Below, piece by piece: positions 25,079 to 37,942 of a stretch of 64,000 nt of DNA (positions within the stretch are counted from its first letter, which is position 1; each line of letters begins with the position of its first letter). The translations under genes were made by a program, and so were the position numbers. Location: NCBI GenBank assembly GCA_030704615.1, contig CM060732.1, positions 66,402,001 through 66,466,000 of the forward strand, read 5' to 3'. Source of the DNA: Takakia lepidozioides (lineage: Eukaryota; Plantae; Bryophyta). Below the pieces are notes generated by a model. That model had not been told where the DNA came from. It did no database searches and worked only from the letters and a program-made list of their open reading frames with translations.

Positions 25079-28000
25079 ACCGCCAAAGTTGGAAGTTGGT
25101 TTTGCTTGTAGCTCGCGATTCATTGTAGCAACCTGCTATGTAAATCACAACTCAGCGGATAATTAGGCCCTTGTGAAATAAAACATTTTTATGGACATTA
25201 CCTTAGGGTTCACCTGATTTCTGATTTTCTTCAAGTACATTGACTGTTAGGGAGGTTCGACACCAAACCGCCAAAAATGGTTGTTGTATCTTCCATGTGC
25301 AACTTATTTCTGATTTTCTTCAAGTGTGACTGTTAGGGAGGTTCGACACCGAACCGCAAAAATGGATGTTATATATGAATGTGGTTGGAGCTTCAACGAA
25401 GCATTGTTCGGCGTCGAACATCAAAACCTGCTCTCCAATGCGGCTCTTGCTTGTCTTTGGCTTTCCATCTGTAGAGTTGGGTTCGGCGTCGAACCTTATT
25501 TCGTCCTGATGATTTGTGCAGACAAGTACGGTACCAGGCCCAAAGCAATGTTCATCACTAAACAGGACTGGTATAAAAGTTTCTTGACGTTTCGTATAAA
25601 ATGAAAAACAATCTGAATACCCAAAAAATATTAAATGGTCTATTGGCTTTGAATGTGTAAGGTCCGCTTCGATGCCAAACCTAAACCGTCGCAAACGCTT
25701 TAGGTATTTTCTGGCGCTTCAGGTGTCAATGATATGCAGTTAACTGCAAAGTCAATGTTAGATTTAGGGTTTTCCGGAAAAGATATGAGGGTCGCGATAG
25801 TTTTGTGGAATAAACAGAGTCGTATCCGCTCCTCTGTCTCCCAATTTCACTTCTCTCATTTCTCTCTTTTGTATCCCTGTTATCCGGTCCAGCCTGCTCC
25901 ATCGACTCCTTCTGTTTTCCGGGAGATGGACGCTGAAAAAGACATGCCGAGGGGAGAGAACAGCAACTGTCCTAAGGGAGCCGAAGAAAACAATGCTAAC
26001 CTCATGACAACAGGCAGGTCATAGCAAACCACCACCACCACGATCGATCACGCGCATCCGCCCGTTGCAGTCCATACAGTGATAAGACTTGATAATTGTA
26101 GAATTAGATTGTATAGCGATGAGATATCGCAACAAAAGCATGACGCTGTATTGGAACAACGACAAGTTGGAACGACTTTGGAGCGAAGCATGGACACGTC
26201 AACGGTGCAAATGATAGTTGGAGATGACTGCCGAGATTTATGATCAAGTGGCAGGGTCAGAGACTCCCCTAAGCACGCATCAAGTTTCACATACGACGGA
26301 TCCACGAAGAATGACGTTTAGGAAAGGTTTTCAACTCTGATTGACCTGAGAATTTATAGGCATCTATGGATTACCTAATCATAATTTATCATCAGTTTTA
26401 TGATTTATGGTTAAGTTTAGCAATGGCACCAAATTACAAGGCCTATGGCCCTTGCGGTGCTCGATTAAATAATTTTATATTTATTTCATTGGTAGAAAAG
26501 GCACAAATTTGCATGGAGGTTATTCGCCGCCGTGGCAGTCTTGACCCTCAAATCCGAGGATCCCTCCGGCACTCCACCTCCCACTATCTCCGCAGAAGAT
26601 GAAGTAACATCCCCACTCTCATAGAGTGTAGTTACCAGCCTGAACACCTCAGCTGGTCTTACCACCTCACCATCCAAGTGAAAGATGAAAACACTTGTTA
26701 GTCCACTCCTGATGATTTCCATCCAAATATTAGTTTATTTCATTCTAGTAGTTTTAAAATTATATCTTTATCTGGTTTATACTAGTATAATATTATTCTA
26801 TAATAATTTAAGAGCCCCAAAAAGAGTATAAAAGAAGGGCAAGGCTTCTTTGTTTCTTCATCTAGTTCATTTGTTTGCTACTTTGTTGTAGTCTAGTTTG
26901 CTAGAGGGAGCCTAGGTCCTAGAGAGTGGAGCTTGAAGCTCTCTAGTTGTAAGAAGGTGTTTTTCTTAAAGCTAAGTTGAGGTGTCTAGGTCAATGTATA
27001 AGGCCTTGAGGCCATTTGGTTTTGGTAAATGAGAAGTTTATGAAGCATCAAGGTGTGGAGATTGACTTGGATACGAGTATAAGAGCTGGAGGTGGACTAC
27101 CATTGACGAGTACGAAGATGGACCGCGAGGAGTGCCACACTACCAAGCTATTAGAGCATCACAAGCCTTCATTTGCCCTTTAGGTGACTTACCACTTCCC
27201 TAGTTAAGTTGATGCTTTGTGCATTCCCTACCAAGCTATGAGCTTCAGTAGATGTGAGTTATTTGTATTAGTTTCAAGAAAAACGAACCCTCTACGTGAA
27301 AGATGAGAGCTTGTTTATGTGTGGTTGTTTCTTTATGCTTGGGAAGCACTAACCCTCTAAGGAGATAAAGAGAGCTTGTTTTATGTGAAGTTGCTAATTA
27401 ATTTGTATTGAGTGAATGAAGGATGGAAAAATTCTTAGATTTGGGTAGGAGGGTGCCTTGAGGACGACCTTTCTTCTAAGCCGGGGCTTAGAGCTTTGGG
27501 CAGTCCCAAGCTCCGAGCTACACGCTGAGACAACGGCGAGAAATTTTTTGGATGCAAAATATTCTATCCTTATTTTTAGGCTACAGTAGTTAATAGTAAG
27601 CGGCGAGAGGTAACGGATGACGTATTCTAGGAGAGAAAAACAACCGTTTTCACTTATTTAATGATATTTTAAGTGCACCCGGAAGAGGAAAATGCTGGTC
27701 CCACCAGCAGAGTAGTTTAAGGTATAACCATGCATGTTTTGGCTAGCGGATGAACAACGATCTTCATCCGCGTCTCTGTTTTCATCCGTTAAGGTAGGGG
27801 CACTGGTTCCCCATCTCGGGAGCGGTTCCTCGGGGTTCCCACAGATAAGGTTCGTTCCTAGGCTATTCCCCGTGCCCCCTGCAGGTAATTTTTGGATCTC
27901 TGGAATCTAGAAGAGATTCTATTTTCAGGGATATTTTATTATTATTAATTTTGGTTTTTTGTTTGCATGGAAAATAGAGAAAATTAGTCCTAGACACTTT

Positions 28001-28239
28001 AAATTGACCCCTTTAGAACCCGGACTTGGGACATTCCAAAGGAGGTTTGCCCTTCCTTCATGTATGCAAAATATGTATGTGGGAGGTTTTAAAAATCCCC
28101 ATTTTCTGCACAGATTTGGGGAGTGGATCCCCAAACTTTGAGGCCTTTGAAGTAATTTGGTCAAGGAGCTCTGAGTATCTGCGTCGGCGCATACTATGGA
28201 AGAGAGGTTGTAGCAAAAATACAGGAGCACCCTTCAAAG

Positions 28240-29000
28240 ATTAGACCAGCGCCCTTAAGGAAGCATATGAAGCTGCGAAGATAGCAGCCTGGGCATTTTG
28301 AGGTGCCTGAGCACTATGATCAGCCGAAAATTGAAAAAGTGCCCCAAGCGTCTGCGCCGACGGAGGTGGCAGCCCCGACGCTTGGAGCTTCCGTAATCTT
28401 GTGAGCATGCAAACATAAACCAAGCTCCAAGCATTTCCGCCGGCGGAGACGGTTGTGCAGACATTCCGAGGTTTCTGAAACCTTTGAGCTGAGCATAAAA
28501 ACAATGGGCTCCAAGGGTATGCGCCGGCGGATATGCCAGCTTAGCCCGCCCATCCTACCTCAATGTGTGAGTATGCGAAAATACAAAGGAAACGGAAGTG
28601 GAGGAGAAGTTCCTGAAACGTGTGAGAAGCCCAGCTCCAAGGGTATGCGCTGGCGGAGGTGACAGACCAGCCTTTTTACGCTTCCTCAAACTATGTCAAA
28701 CATAAGAGAAAACCAACATAAACTACCAAAAAACAAAAACCAACAGGCTCCGTAGACGAGAGATTCTTCCACTAACATGTGAGCAACCCAAAATATAGAT
28801 GTGCTCCAAAGGTCTACACTGATGGAGATGCCAGCCCAGCCCCCTTACAATCTTTCTCAAGCTAGGAGCAAGCCAAAAGAACAAGGAAATTGAACCGTTT
28901 CCGCTAGCGGAGATGCCTCCCTAGATGTGGAGAGCTTCGAAAATCCTACGAGGAGCCCACAGATTGGAGGTGCTTCAAGCATCTGCGCTGGCGGATGTTT
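28240..29000. repeat. Dispersed GC-rich palindromic motif (TCCGCCGGCGGA / TGCGCCGGCGGA), about 8 copies
   Basis: Copies near 28351, 28436, 28520, 28645, 28749, 28900, 28983, often preceded by GCTCCAAG. Confidence 0.6.
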
Positions 29001-29719
29001 CACTTTACAAGGTGTCTGGTGGGGCTTATGTGCATGGGTAGATACGTTGAAGACCCAGCTCGCTCCTTCATCACTGAAATCAAAACCAGAATGAAGATTA
29101 CCTTCTCTGCCTGCCGCTTGCCTCTACCTTTACCACTTGCAGCTCCGCCTCCACCTCAACCGTCCTTCGTCCTCCCCATCGTGGTAGCAGCACGTTGCCT
29201 TGGCGTGGTGTAATATAAGGAGGAGCTGCGCCTTCATCTCCTTCGCAATGATAGTCTCAAGTGTGTCACTAAGAGGTGGAAAGTCGCGAAGGCTGATTGT
29301 CTATGTGGGGAATGGGGAGGGATAATGTGCATGTATACATAAACTAGGTTAGTCATGTAGTAATGTAAGCAAGTTAACTGTAAAGAAACAGTTTATTAAG
29401 AAAAAAGTAGATGTGTTTTTATTGAATAAAGCATGGTTTGGTGGGAAAGTCGTGGTGTACTTCCTACTAGGTTGTGGGTTCAAACCCGCGGCTGCTAAGG
29501 AGAGCGGGGAGAAAGGGGGACGAGGGCAAAAGCCTTAAAAATGCCAAATTAGCCAAATCTGAAATCTGAACTATTTTTTTAGCTTTATAGCCGTCTATGC
29601 TTTTTGAAACCAATGATGTGTCAATCCTCAAGAACCTCAAATTGACTCAAATATGAAATTTTAATTTCTATTTCTTGAGTTTTCTTCAAACAAATTTTGA
29701 AACAAGACATTTTTGTCAT

Positions 29720-30391
29720 TGCACTAATGGAGTTGAGTACTCCCAAATCATGTGAGTGGGTTATACATAGATCCTCACGGTGTACTAGTTTAAGCGGAAA
29801 TGTGGCAAGTAACGGTGTGGGTTGGGCTCAGATGAACCGCCCACCCGGCTGCGACTAGTGCAAGTAAAAGGTCTGTGGATGACACCGAGGGAAGCAACTA
29901 TATACAATTATCAAATTTAAATCATACCGGTAGGGAGAGAATTCCACTTCTCGTCCATACACAAGGTGTGGTCATTCCTTTGGGTAAGTATCCCACTACA
30001 CGCTATGGGTGCGGATTCGGCGTTGAGATCCGACTCCTCGACACTTGAGTTATCAAGAATCAGCAAAGAGTCTTATTGTTGAGGTTCGTGGATTCACAAA
30101 CGTGCCCCAGCTAGGTTATATTGCGAGGATTTACCAACTATAAACAGAAGGGTCTACTAAGACATGATTGGTTTATATTGTACACATTGGTCAGTTCCAT
30201 CTTGTGATTATCCCGATTTTGATGAGTTATCTGTCAAGAAGAAAAGACAATCATATCTACCATGTAAGCACATGTACTTCATATACAATGCGCATCTAAG
30301 ATGCCCCCGGACTTATGAGATCCACCAACCTTCTCTTAGCCAAACTGAGGTTAGGGCTATGCTTAAAAATGACCCTAGTTCATCTTCTTAG
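29720..30391 (+). pseudogene. Degenerate C-terminal SWIM-finger fragment of a MULE-type transposase, paralogous to 63.1-63.9 kb
   Basis: PSCDYPDF..KKKRQSYLPCKHMYFIY..IHQPSLSQTEV aligns with PNYTCPDF..KRGKFIPCKHLYFIF..IHQTTMNFNEV. Confidence 0.75.
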
Positions 30392-32249
30392 TGACACACA
30401 GAAAAGCACAAATTAGTAACTTGTGCCGTTCATTTTCAAGCACGTGACATGTAATTGTTTTATAATCTATTTTTTTCCCAAACATGACACATATGCATTT
30501 GTTAGCACACAAGTTTCTATTTTGGTTAATATGAAATTATGTCCCTTGAATACAAGTTTGTAAACTATTATTTTGGCCAATGATCTTGCATTCTCTTCAG
30601 TTTTAGGTGGTGCATTAGTTGGAATTAAGGGTCACATGCATCTTTGACCATTGACTACATATTTTGTTAGCTAAGAAAAAGATTATTTTTCTACATACAT
30701 ATGATGTAACATTTGCATGTACGATTAATACGTCGTATTCTATGTTATATAACTCCACTGCATACAATCTACAATGTGTGTATGAGTTGATTAAATAACA
30801 AACGGTTCGTCATATAATGGCTCCTCCTAGTTGATGAGATATGTTAGCAAACAATATAATTAGATAATTTACAAGCAATTAATAACACTGTCCAATATAT
30901 TTGTAATACTAGATATGAGAGTGCATGTGAAAAGAATTAAGTCATGAGTAATTATAATTGATTTGTTGATACGAAATTTATTTGTAAAATATCTACATTG
31001 AAATCATAAATATTAGTATTGGATACAAATAAAGATAAAAATGATTTTATTTTATTTTATTTTTATTTTGGAAAAATCTTGGAATCAAAATTTTAAAATA
31101 AAATCAAGAGGAAAAAATAATATTGGTAATTAATTGTGGATGAGGTCTATAGTTTGTTGACTGCAATAATTTTTATTTATTTATTTTGTAATCAGACTAT
31201 ATTTGAATTTAAATATTTAGATATGAATATTTATACATGATATTATTTATAATTTATGATGAATATAAATTTAAAAAATAAATACTAGTATAGGATAAAT
31301 TATAGAATACATAAAACATAGTTTTACCAAAAAATAAATAAAAATGTTATAGTACAACGGGAGTAACATTTGATTAATCAAGTTAGAAACAAGGGAAAAA
31401 AAACCTTGAGAAAGTCGGAAAACGTTAACATGAGGATATCGCCCCTAATGAAGTTAAAAAAACCGAAGTAAAATCACCCCAAACTTTAAATGAGATAAAA
31501 AAAACAACTGTGAGTAAAGAATGAGAGCACCAATAGCAGAGAAAATACCGGAGCTCCAAGAATGCAGCGCAAAGCACTTAAATTCTTTGGATTGGATTCA
31601 AAGCAAGGTTGAATAGTGTGCTTTGGTAGATTAAAAGGACCTGGTACCTCTACTATTTTTTGAGCAATGGGTTGTCTACAGGAAGCAAAGCTTGAGGAAA
31701 AAATTGACAAGATGTTCAAGGGAGAACATGTAACTAACATTCCTGAGCATCTTAACATCTTAACATCTCAACAGGTTGATCATGTTGCACAGTGGCAGAC
31801 CCATATCATTCCTCACTTTGGGTGAATTTGTAGTCTTTCCTTTCCCTTGACATAAACTGTGATAAAAAACAGTTTACCCGATTATCGAGAATATCAAAAA
31901 TAGATTATGCATATATAATAATATACGACATATATATTTCTGTGTACGTTACGTATAATACATCTGGTAGCCCAGGCACAAAGTCTGAGATTCGTTACCC
32001 CGTGCTTTTTACTACCCGGGGTATTTCTACCCCGTGCTTTTCAATAGCCCATGCCCTCTTGCCGGTGCCACGGAATCTTCTAGAATAAAACCCCGGGTAT
32101 TGGAATCTTTCAAGGGATCCGAAGTCTTGTAAAAGCATGGCTATTTTGGTATTCCGTACACAAGACAATCAATTGATCCATTGCGAATTTGCAAAAAGCT
32201 TAAGACCAAGCAATCAGACATTTGCATGGTGATTTCTTTGGCCAAAATT

Positions 32250-32350
32250 ATAGTACAAGAAGATATGCCAGACCATCCAGGTAAGAGATGTTTGTTTCTT
32301 GGTTATTTCAACGAGAGCAAATCCTACATGATATGGGAGCCTGTCTATGG
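32250..32350 (+). pseudogene. Short Ty1/Copia integrase SH3-region fragment
   Basis: GKRCLFLGYFNESKSYMIWEP matches the Copia KCxFLGYxxxSKxYRxxDP motif. Confidence 0.6.
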
Positions 32351-32399
32351 GATCTCCTGGTTTGCATTGGGTCCTGTCAAGAAAACATACACATATTTT

Positions 32400-33760
32400 T
32401 GAAGATTCAGGGATTAAAGAATATGACTCTATTACAAGGGAGCTCCTCCCAACCATAGACGTCTGTACAAAGATTGATTTGTCTCTCTCCTTAGCTCAAT
32501 ATATATATATCTACTAGATGTCTCATACTGAGAGATGTCTATTCCCTCAAGACTTATCTAATAGCTATTCTAAGCCGCATATATTCTACCTAGGTATCTA
32601 GAATAATCTAACGGATGATGAGTTGAACCCAAAAGTTCATCCATCCTAATTCTAACATTCCCACTCAACGAAACAACCGTTATTAAGATTGAAAGTCAAC
32701 AACCTTCGTCATCTTTTTGAAGCGCACATGCTTGCACATGAAATGTCTTTCACGAGTTAGGCTCTTGGTCAAAATATTTGCATCACAATATCCCACCTAG
32801 CACCATGTGCAAACCATCATTGCCTAAAGGACTCCCACTGAAGCATAATCCATGATCAATAGTACATTTGAGATACCATAAGATTCATTTCACTTCACTT
32901 CCCTTTGAGAATAGCCTTTGGCAACGAGCCGGGCTTTGTATCGCTCTACAGGTCCATCTGCCTTGTACTTCACCTTGAAAAACCTCATGCTTCCAACTGT
33001 TCTCCTTCCAAGTGGCAAAGAAACAAGAACCCAAGTACCATTATTCATAATGGATATGTATTTTGAATCAAGAGTTTCCTTCCCCTGTGAGGCATCAATA
33101 TTCTCCAATGCTTCTGTCAAAGACTGGGGTTCATCATTGTTAATACAATGAAATGCAAAAACCACGTCTAGAGACTTTATAAACTTATTGGAGGGCTTCC
33201 AACTACATTATGAGCGTTGAGGTACAAAAGGCTCATTTACCTCTTCACCTACATCCTCATGAATTCACTGACATCACCATGACTCCCTTTAGGTCTAAGA
33301 GCATGTTCACTTCGTACGTCGAGCTGCAACTGGAGTAGTATCAGCTAATACTTTGGCACTAGCTGATCAATGGAATGAATTTGCAGTATATATGCGGAGC
33401 ATCAGCAATTTTGATATAAATCTCACCAGCTCCCACTTTCTGTATGTTTAGAAGACTCAACAAAGTGGACGTCACGATTTCTAACCATAACTTTGCGTTC
33501 CAAGTCATACAGACGATAGCATTTAGACCCCTCACAATATTCCAAAAACCATGCACTTAATGCTTTTGGAATCCAGCTTTTTAAGTTCCAAGTCATACAG
33601 ACGATAACATTTAATTAGACCCCTCACAATATCCCAAAAACATGCACTTAATTATTTTGGAATCCAACTTTGAACGTTTTTCTTTCGGAATATGAGCATA
33701 CGCATCACAACCAAAAACTCTAAGGTGTGCAACACTTGGCTTCTTGTTAATGAATGCAAT
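32400..33760 (-). mobile_element. Ty1/Copia remnant: integrase end, RT start, RNase H end, PPT and 3' LTR (about 32400-32657), internally deleted
   Basis: Minus strand reads NKKPSVAHLRVFGCDAYAHIPKEKRSKLDSK..KCMFLGY (partly duplicated), then EPQSLTEAL..NGTWVLVSLP..YKARLVAKGYSQ, then NILTKSL. PPT TTGAGTGGGAA is followed by TGTTAG, and the LTR ends CTTCA. Confidence 0.85.
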
Positions 33761-34729
33761 GTTAATATTTACTGTTTAAAAATTTAAAAACAACAAAATA
33801 TTATAAATTTAAATTATGTAATGTTTGTTTAGCTATATCTTGGTCGTATGAGGCCAATTTGACACAGTTTCTGTAGGAATAGCCTTAGGTCCCACACGCT
33901 ACCCACTTATACCACAATGATATCCACTTTCATTTTTGGCCTCCTGCCAAAAATCTATGGAGTTTTCCAAAAAAAATCTTGATATATTTGTCACTTTGGA
34001 TTTTTTAATTGCTTAAGTAATATTTAAGCCATTGGTAGGTGTTCTTCAGCTACAAATGAGTGGTTGTGTCCAACTGTCTATATACTTAAATTGTTATATA
34101 TATTGCTTTGAGAAATTTGTCACTAGATTTAATTGTCGAAATATCACAAGTACTTGAAGTTTATTTAGATGTAGAGAAGTCTTCTAAACCCCGCATAATT
34201 GCATTACTTGTGTTAAGTCCATCGGAAGGTCTATGCGGCACATTAATGTATAGTTATCAAAATCAATTCATAAAAAATATTAATTAATTAATCAATAATA
34301 TTTGTTGGTGTTCATTTTCACTAAGATTCAACTTAAATGTAAGACCATTAATTTTGTTCCTACCATTTTCTATCAACCTATAATCATTTCACTAGTTTTG
34401 ATATATTAGAGTAAAATGACAGTCAAACAATAGTCAAATATTTAACTATTATATTTTATAATTAATTTTCTTTTTACTATATTATCTCTAATTACACATA
34501 TCAATGTCTAGATGAATATACAGTCCTAGAAACCAGATAATCTAAAAATTCATTGCAGTACTAAAATGTATAACTACCTAGTAGTATCAACTAACAACTT
34601 AACTTTATAGTGATAATAGTATTGAAAAATGTCAGTAGTGAAAATGATAGTGAAACCTTACTGGTTGGAGAACCTATGATGTGTTGTAGAGATTGTTGAG
34701 AGGATCACTTGCTAATCTTCCGCACCCTT

Positions 34730-35750
34730 CACAGTATCAAAAGTTGTTGTTGATGGTATTTGATGTCGACACTCCTTCATCAATCGTCAGACATCTCCTG
34801 CCCACAATGTCTCTGCAAACACGTTGTTGACGACGAAAAGTGCATTAATGTACACTGGGGATGGTATGCACGAGTGCATGATGCCGCCAAACAATTCCAT
34901 GCTGTTTTAAAATTTTTACCACAGAAAGTACACGGTGAAATAATTTGAAATTCTATAGAGCTGAACTCAGAAGATTTAACAAGAAGGTTGGACATTGGAG
35001 AAGGTTTGAATGATGACATATCATGGTCATGTTCCATAACATGAAGCTGTTGAGCGATGGCTGTTTTCCGCCTCTAATAGACTTTGTACCAATGTGAACG
35101 AGGCTACACACCATGTCTCTTCATCTAACTAAGTTTTTCTCAAAATCGATTTATGCTCTGATTTTTTTTCCTCCATCAGCTCTTTAAAGTGGTCCATAAT
35201 ACCATTGTGAAAATCAAGCTTGCGCTGCAAGCTTTCCAACAACTTACGACATGAGTTCATCATTTCTGCTTGCGACTCATTGTCAGTAGAGCTTATTTTT
35301 AAGGTTTCGGCCTCATGTTGCGTAAGCAGTATATCTAGATTGACATTTGCATGACTTGAAAGCAATTCTAATTCGTGATCTTATATTCGAGAGTTTATTC
35401 TAAACACATCTTATTCAAACTTCTCTTATTCAAACTTGAATATATCAAGAGATTCCATTGATAACTTTAACTCACTATCCAAAGACAAAAGCAGATCAAG
35501 CCATAGTTCACTATCATCGATAAGAGCTCTTACAAACTGTCTCATTTTTACAAGCACGTCTAATTGTGAGCCTAATTTTGTCGATTTGGACCTTTGTTGT
35601 GACATAAACGTCTAATTGCAGCATAAACTAGTGCTTCATTTCTATATATGTTTCATTTTCGGATTCACCCACAGACAAAGTTTTCTTAATGTTTGCAACT
35701 CCCACAATGTCTAAGCTTTGGATTTTTCGAAACGCCTCCCTATTTATGCA
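34730..35750 (-). pseudogene. Degenerate gene: coiled-coil region plus C-terminal RING-like finger
   Basis: PCTFCGK..CLAASCTRAYHPQC..TTCLQRHCG has RING-like Cys/His spacing. The upstream K/E/L-rich helical ORF is 35129-35365. Many stops. Confidence 0.5.
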
Positions 35751-35916
35751 TTTTCAACTGTTGCGGCAGTTTGTCTTCCATGTATTGATGCATATTGAAA
35801 GCTATTTCAATTCGCAAGTATCTACAGGAGCAACAACCTAGCAAATGAACATCCCTTTTCAAGAATATAAAAATGAGATATTGTCTCTCTTCTCTCACAA
35901 CTCACTTCGTTTATGA

Positions 35917-35918
<2 letters not shown>

Positions 35919-35952
<34 letters not shown>
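35919..35952. repeat. Poly-T tract (34 nt)
   Basis: Directly visible. Confidence 0.9.
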
Positions 35953-35989
35953 CTCTCTTTGTACTTTCTCTAGGACCAAGTTATCAGTT

Positions 35990-36480
35990 ATGGCAGGAGT
36001 GGTGAAGCGCAAATGCCCCATGCTTTTAGTAGACGATTTGGACCTAACTGTGAGAGATGCTTCCTTTGAAAGTCTGGTCTTGAATCGCTATGGCAATGTC
36101 AACAAATCGACTGTTCTGGATTCTCAGTCTTATTTAAGTTATGGTTTGACAGATTGGCTTGGGTTCATTATTGTTAGTGTTACGTGGAGAACGTTGTGAT
36201 TTGAGCATTATGATATTTGAAAATGTCTTCAAACATAATTTCATTGTCATCGGGGTTTAAAGCTTCTCAAGAGGGCACCACAAGATGAGGATGAGAAATT
36301 TGAGGATTATGATCTTCGAAACTCTTTTGAAACACAATTTTGTTGCGCTTTAATTTTTACAGGAATTGTGAAACACGGTGCAGGGTCTGGAGGTAGAAAA
36401 AAAATTTCTTTAGGTAAAGAAATGGTCGTGTCTAGCCCCATGGTCCATACTATGATTGGACATTTTCGTTTTCCACCATA
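35990..36480 (+). pseudogene. Degenerate OB-fold (RPA70-like) gene
   Basis: LLVDDLD..DASFESLVLNRYGNV..SYLSYGLTDWLGFIIVSV follows the RPA1 OB-A pattern (I..L....I.xxV..K.....F.L.D..G.I). Stops follow downstream. Confidence 0.4.
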
Positions 36481-36649
36481 TCGAACACTGAAATTGAGTC
36501 CCAAACTTTAAATCTTCTTTTATTGGGGCAGTTTTGTGCTATTTGATTAGGTTCACCACAATATTATGGAATATTTTGAAATATTTCAAATGCTCTAGAA
36601 TGTTTTGGATTTCTACTAGATGCTTCTGAGCTATATCTGTGATATTATC

Positions 36650-36654
<5 letters not shown>

Positions 36655-36683
<29 letters not shown>
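36655..36683. repeat. (AT)n microsatellite
   Basis: About 14 units. Confidence 0.9.
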
Positions 36684-36689
<6 letters not shown>

Positions 36690-37660
36690 CACGATTCATC
36701 TTTCATTTTGTTAGGTGGTTTATGCCAATGTTTTAAAAACTTTTTAGAAGGGTTAACATTTTGACCCACATAAACTTTTTTATTTTATAAACACCTAATC
36801 TTGTAGATAAAATTTTTAGTTTCGGACACTTTTTTTGAATTTTTAGCATGAGAACCTTTTGAAGTAGACAATGAATTCGGATTTTGATTTGATATTCCTG
36901 GTAAGACCCGTAATTCATTAACATGTATCTAAAAAAATTCTCATGTGCGGGTATAATCGTTTTAAACTTCAGAACCATCTTGTTTGGATCGAGTCTTCTT
37001 GAGCACTTTATCATCATTGTTGTAAGTAAGATTCTTCATATGAAAGAGGTCAATGCCAAACTCAAAATGAAGCTCTCTTATCTGAAATACTCGAAACCTT
37101 TTGGTATGATCATTCAGCAAATTCACATCGTCTTTTAATCGTCAAATGTTTTTCAAAAAGTGTGAAAAAAAATACTTTGTGGTAAACGAGTCCCTGTTTT
37201 TGGTCCAACATAACATATTTGATAAATAAATGAATCAATAAATATGTAAATAAATCATTTTAATGAATAAATTATACCTATAGCAAGTTCATTTCCAAAC
37301 TTCTTTCGAAATTCTTCTCGAAAGATAAATACACCATTGACAAACTCCTTAATAGTGTGGCCATAGTTGTAGATATGGACATGATGTGGCGTTAGGATGT
37401 CAGCGTCACGTCTAAACCTGACGTTAACATGTGTAATTAATTAATATTTTAATCTTTACTATTGATTATTTATCCTAGATATAAAGGTGGCGACATAGAT
37501 GACTATTTGTTTTTAAAATTATGTGCACTAATATTGGCGCCACATTTTGTAAAAATGCATGCGACCGTCAAGTGGACTTACCATCCTGGATAAAAATTAT
37601 ATTATAATTAAAAAAACTAAAAATAAATATATAAAGAACAGCCAACAGAAACCAAAAGCA

Positions 37661-37942
37661 TGTGACCATCAATATTGGTGGTTGCACGTATTTTAAGAAA
37701 TTGAAAAAATATGTGATCGCCAATACTGGCGGTCGCGTGCATATAAGAAGGAAAAAAAAAAACATACAACCGCCAATACTGACGGTCGTAAATATTTAAA
37801 ATTAAAAATATTATTATGACCACCAATATTGGTGGTCGCATATATATATAAGTAAAATAAAATATTGCGACTGCCAATATTGGCAGTCATAGGTATTTAA
37901 AATTTAAATTAATTAAAGCGACCGTCAATATTGACGGGCGGA
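37661..37942. repeat. Array of six 26-bp palindromes (consensus TGCGACCGCCAATATTGGCGGTCGCA) with unique AT-rich spacers of about 25 nt
   Basis: Units start at 37661, 37712, 37765, 37815, 37866 and 37917; partial copies near 37529 and 37560. Confidence 0.85.

Noticed and set aside
29431-29497. tRNA gene or SINE (TGGTTTGGTGG ... GGTTCAAACCC)
   Set aside because: A- and B-box-like motifs are present, but there is no convincing acceptor or anticodon stem, tail or TSD.
37661-37942. CRISPR array call (also considered for 22338-23790)
   Set aside because: The context is eukaryotic with no cas genes. Repeats diverge from each other and spacers are low-complexity AT tracts. Reported as a palindrome array instead.
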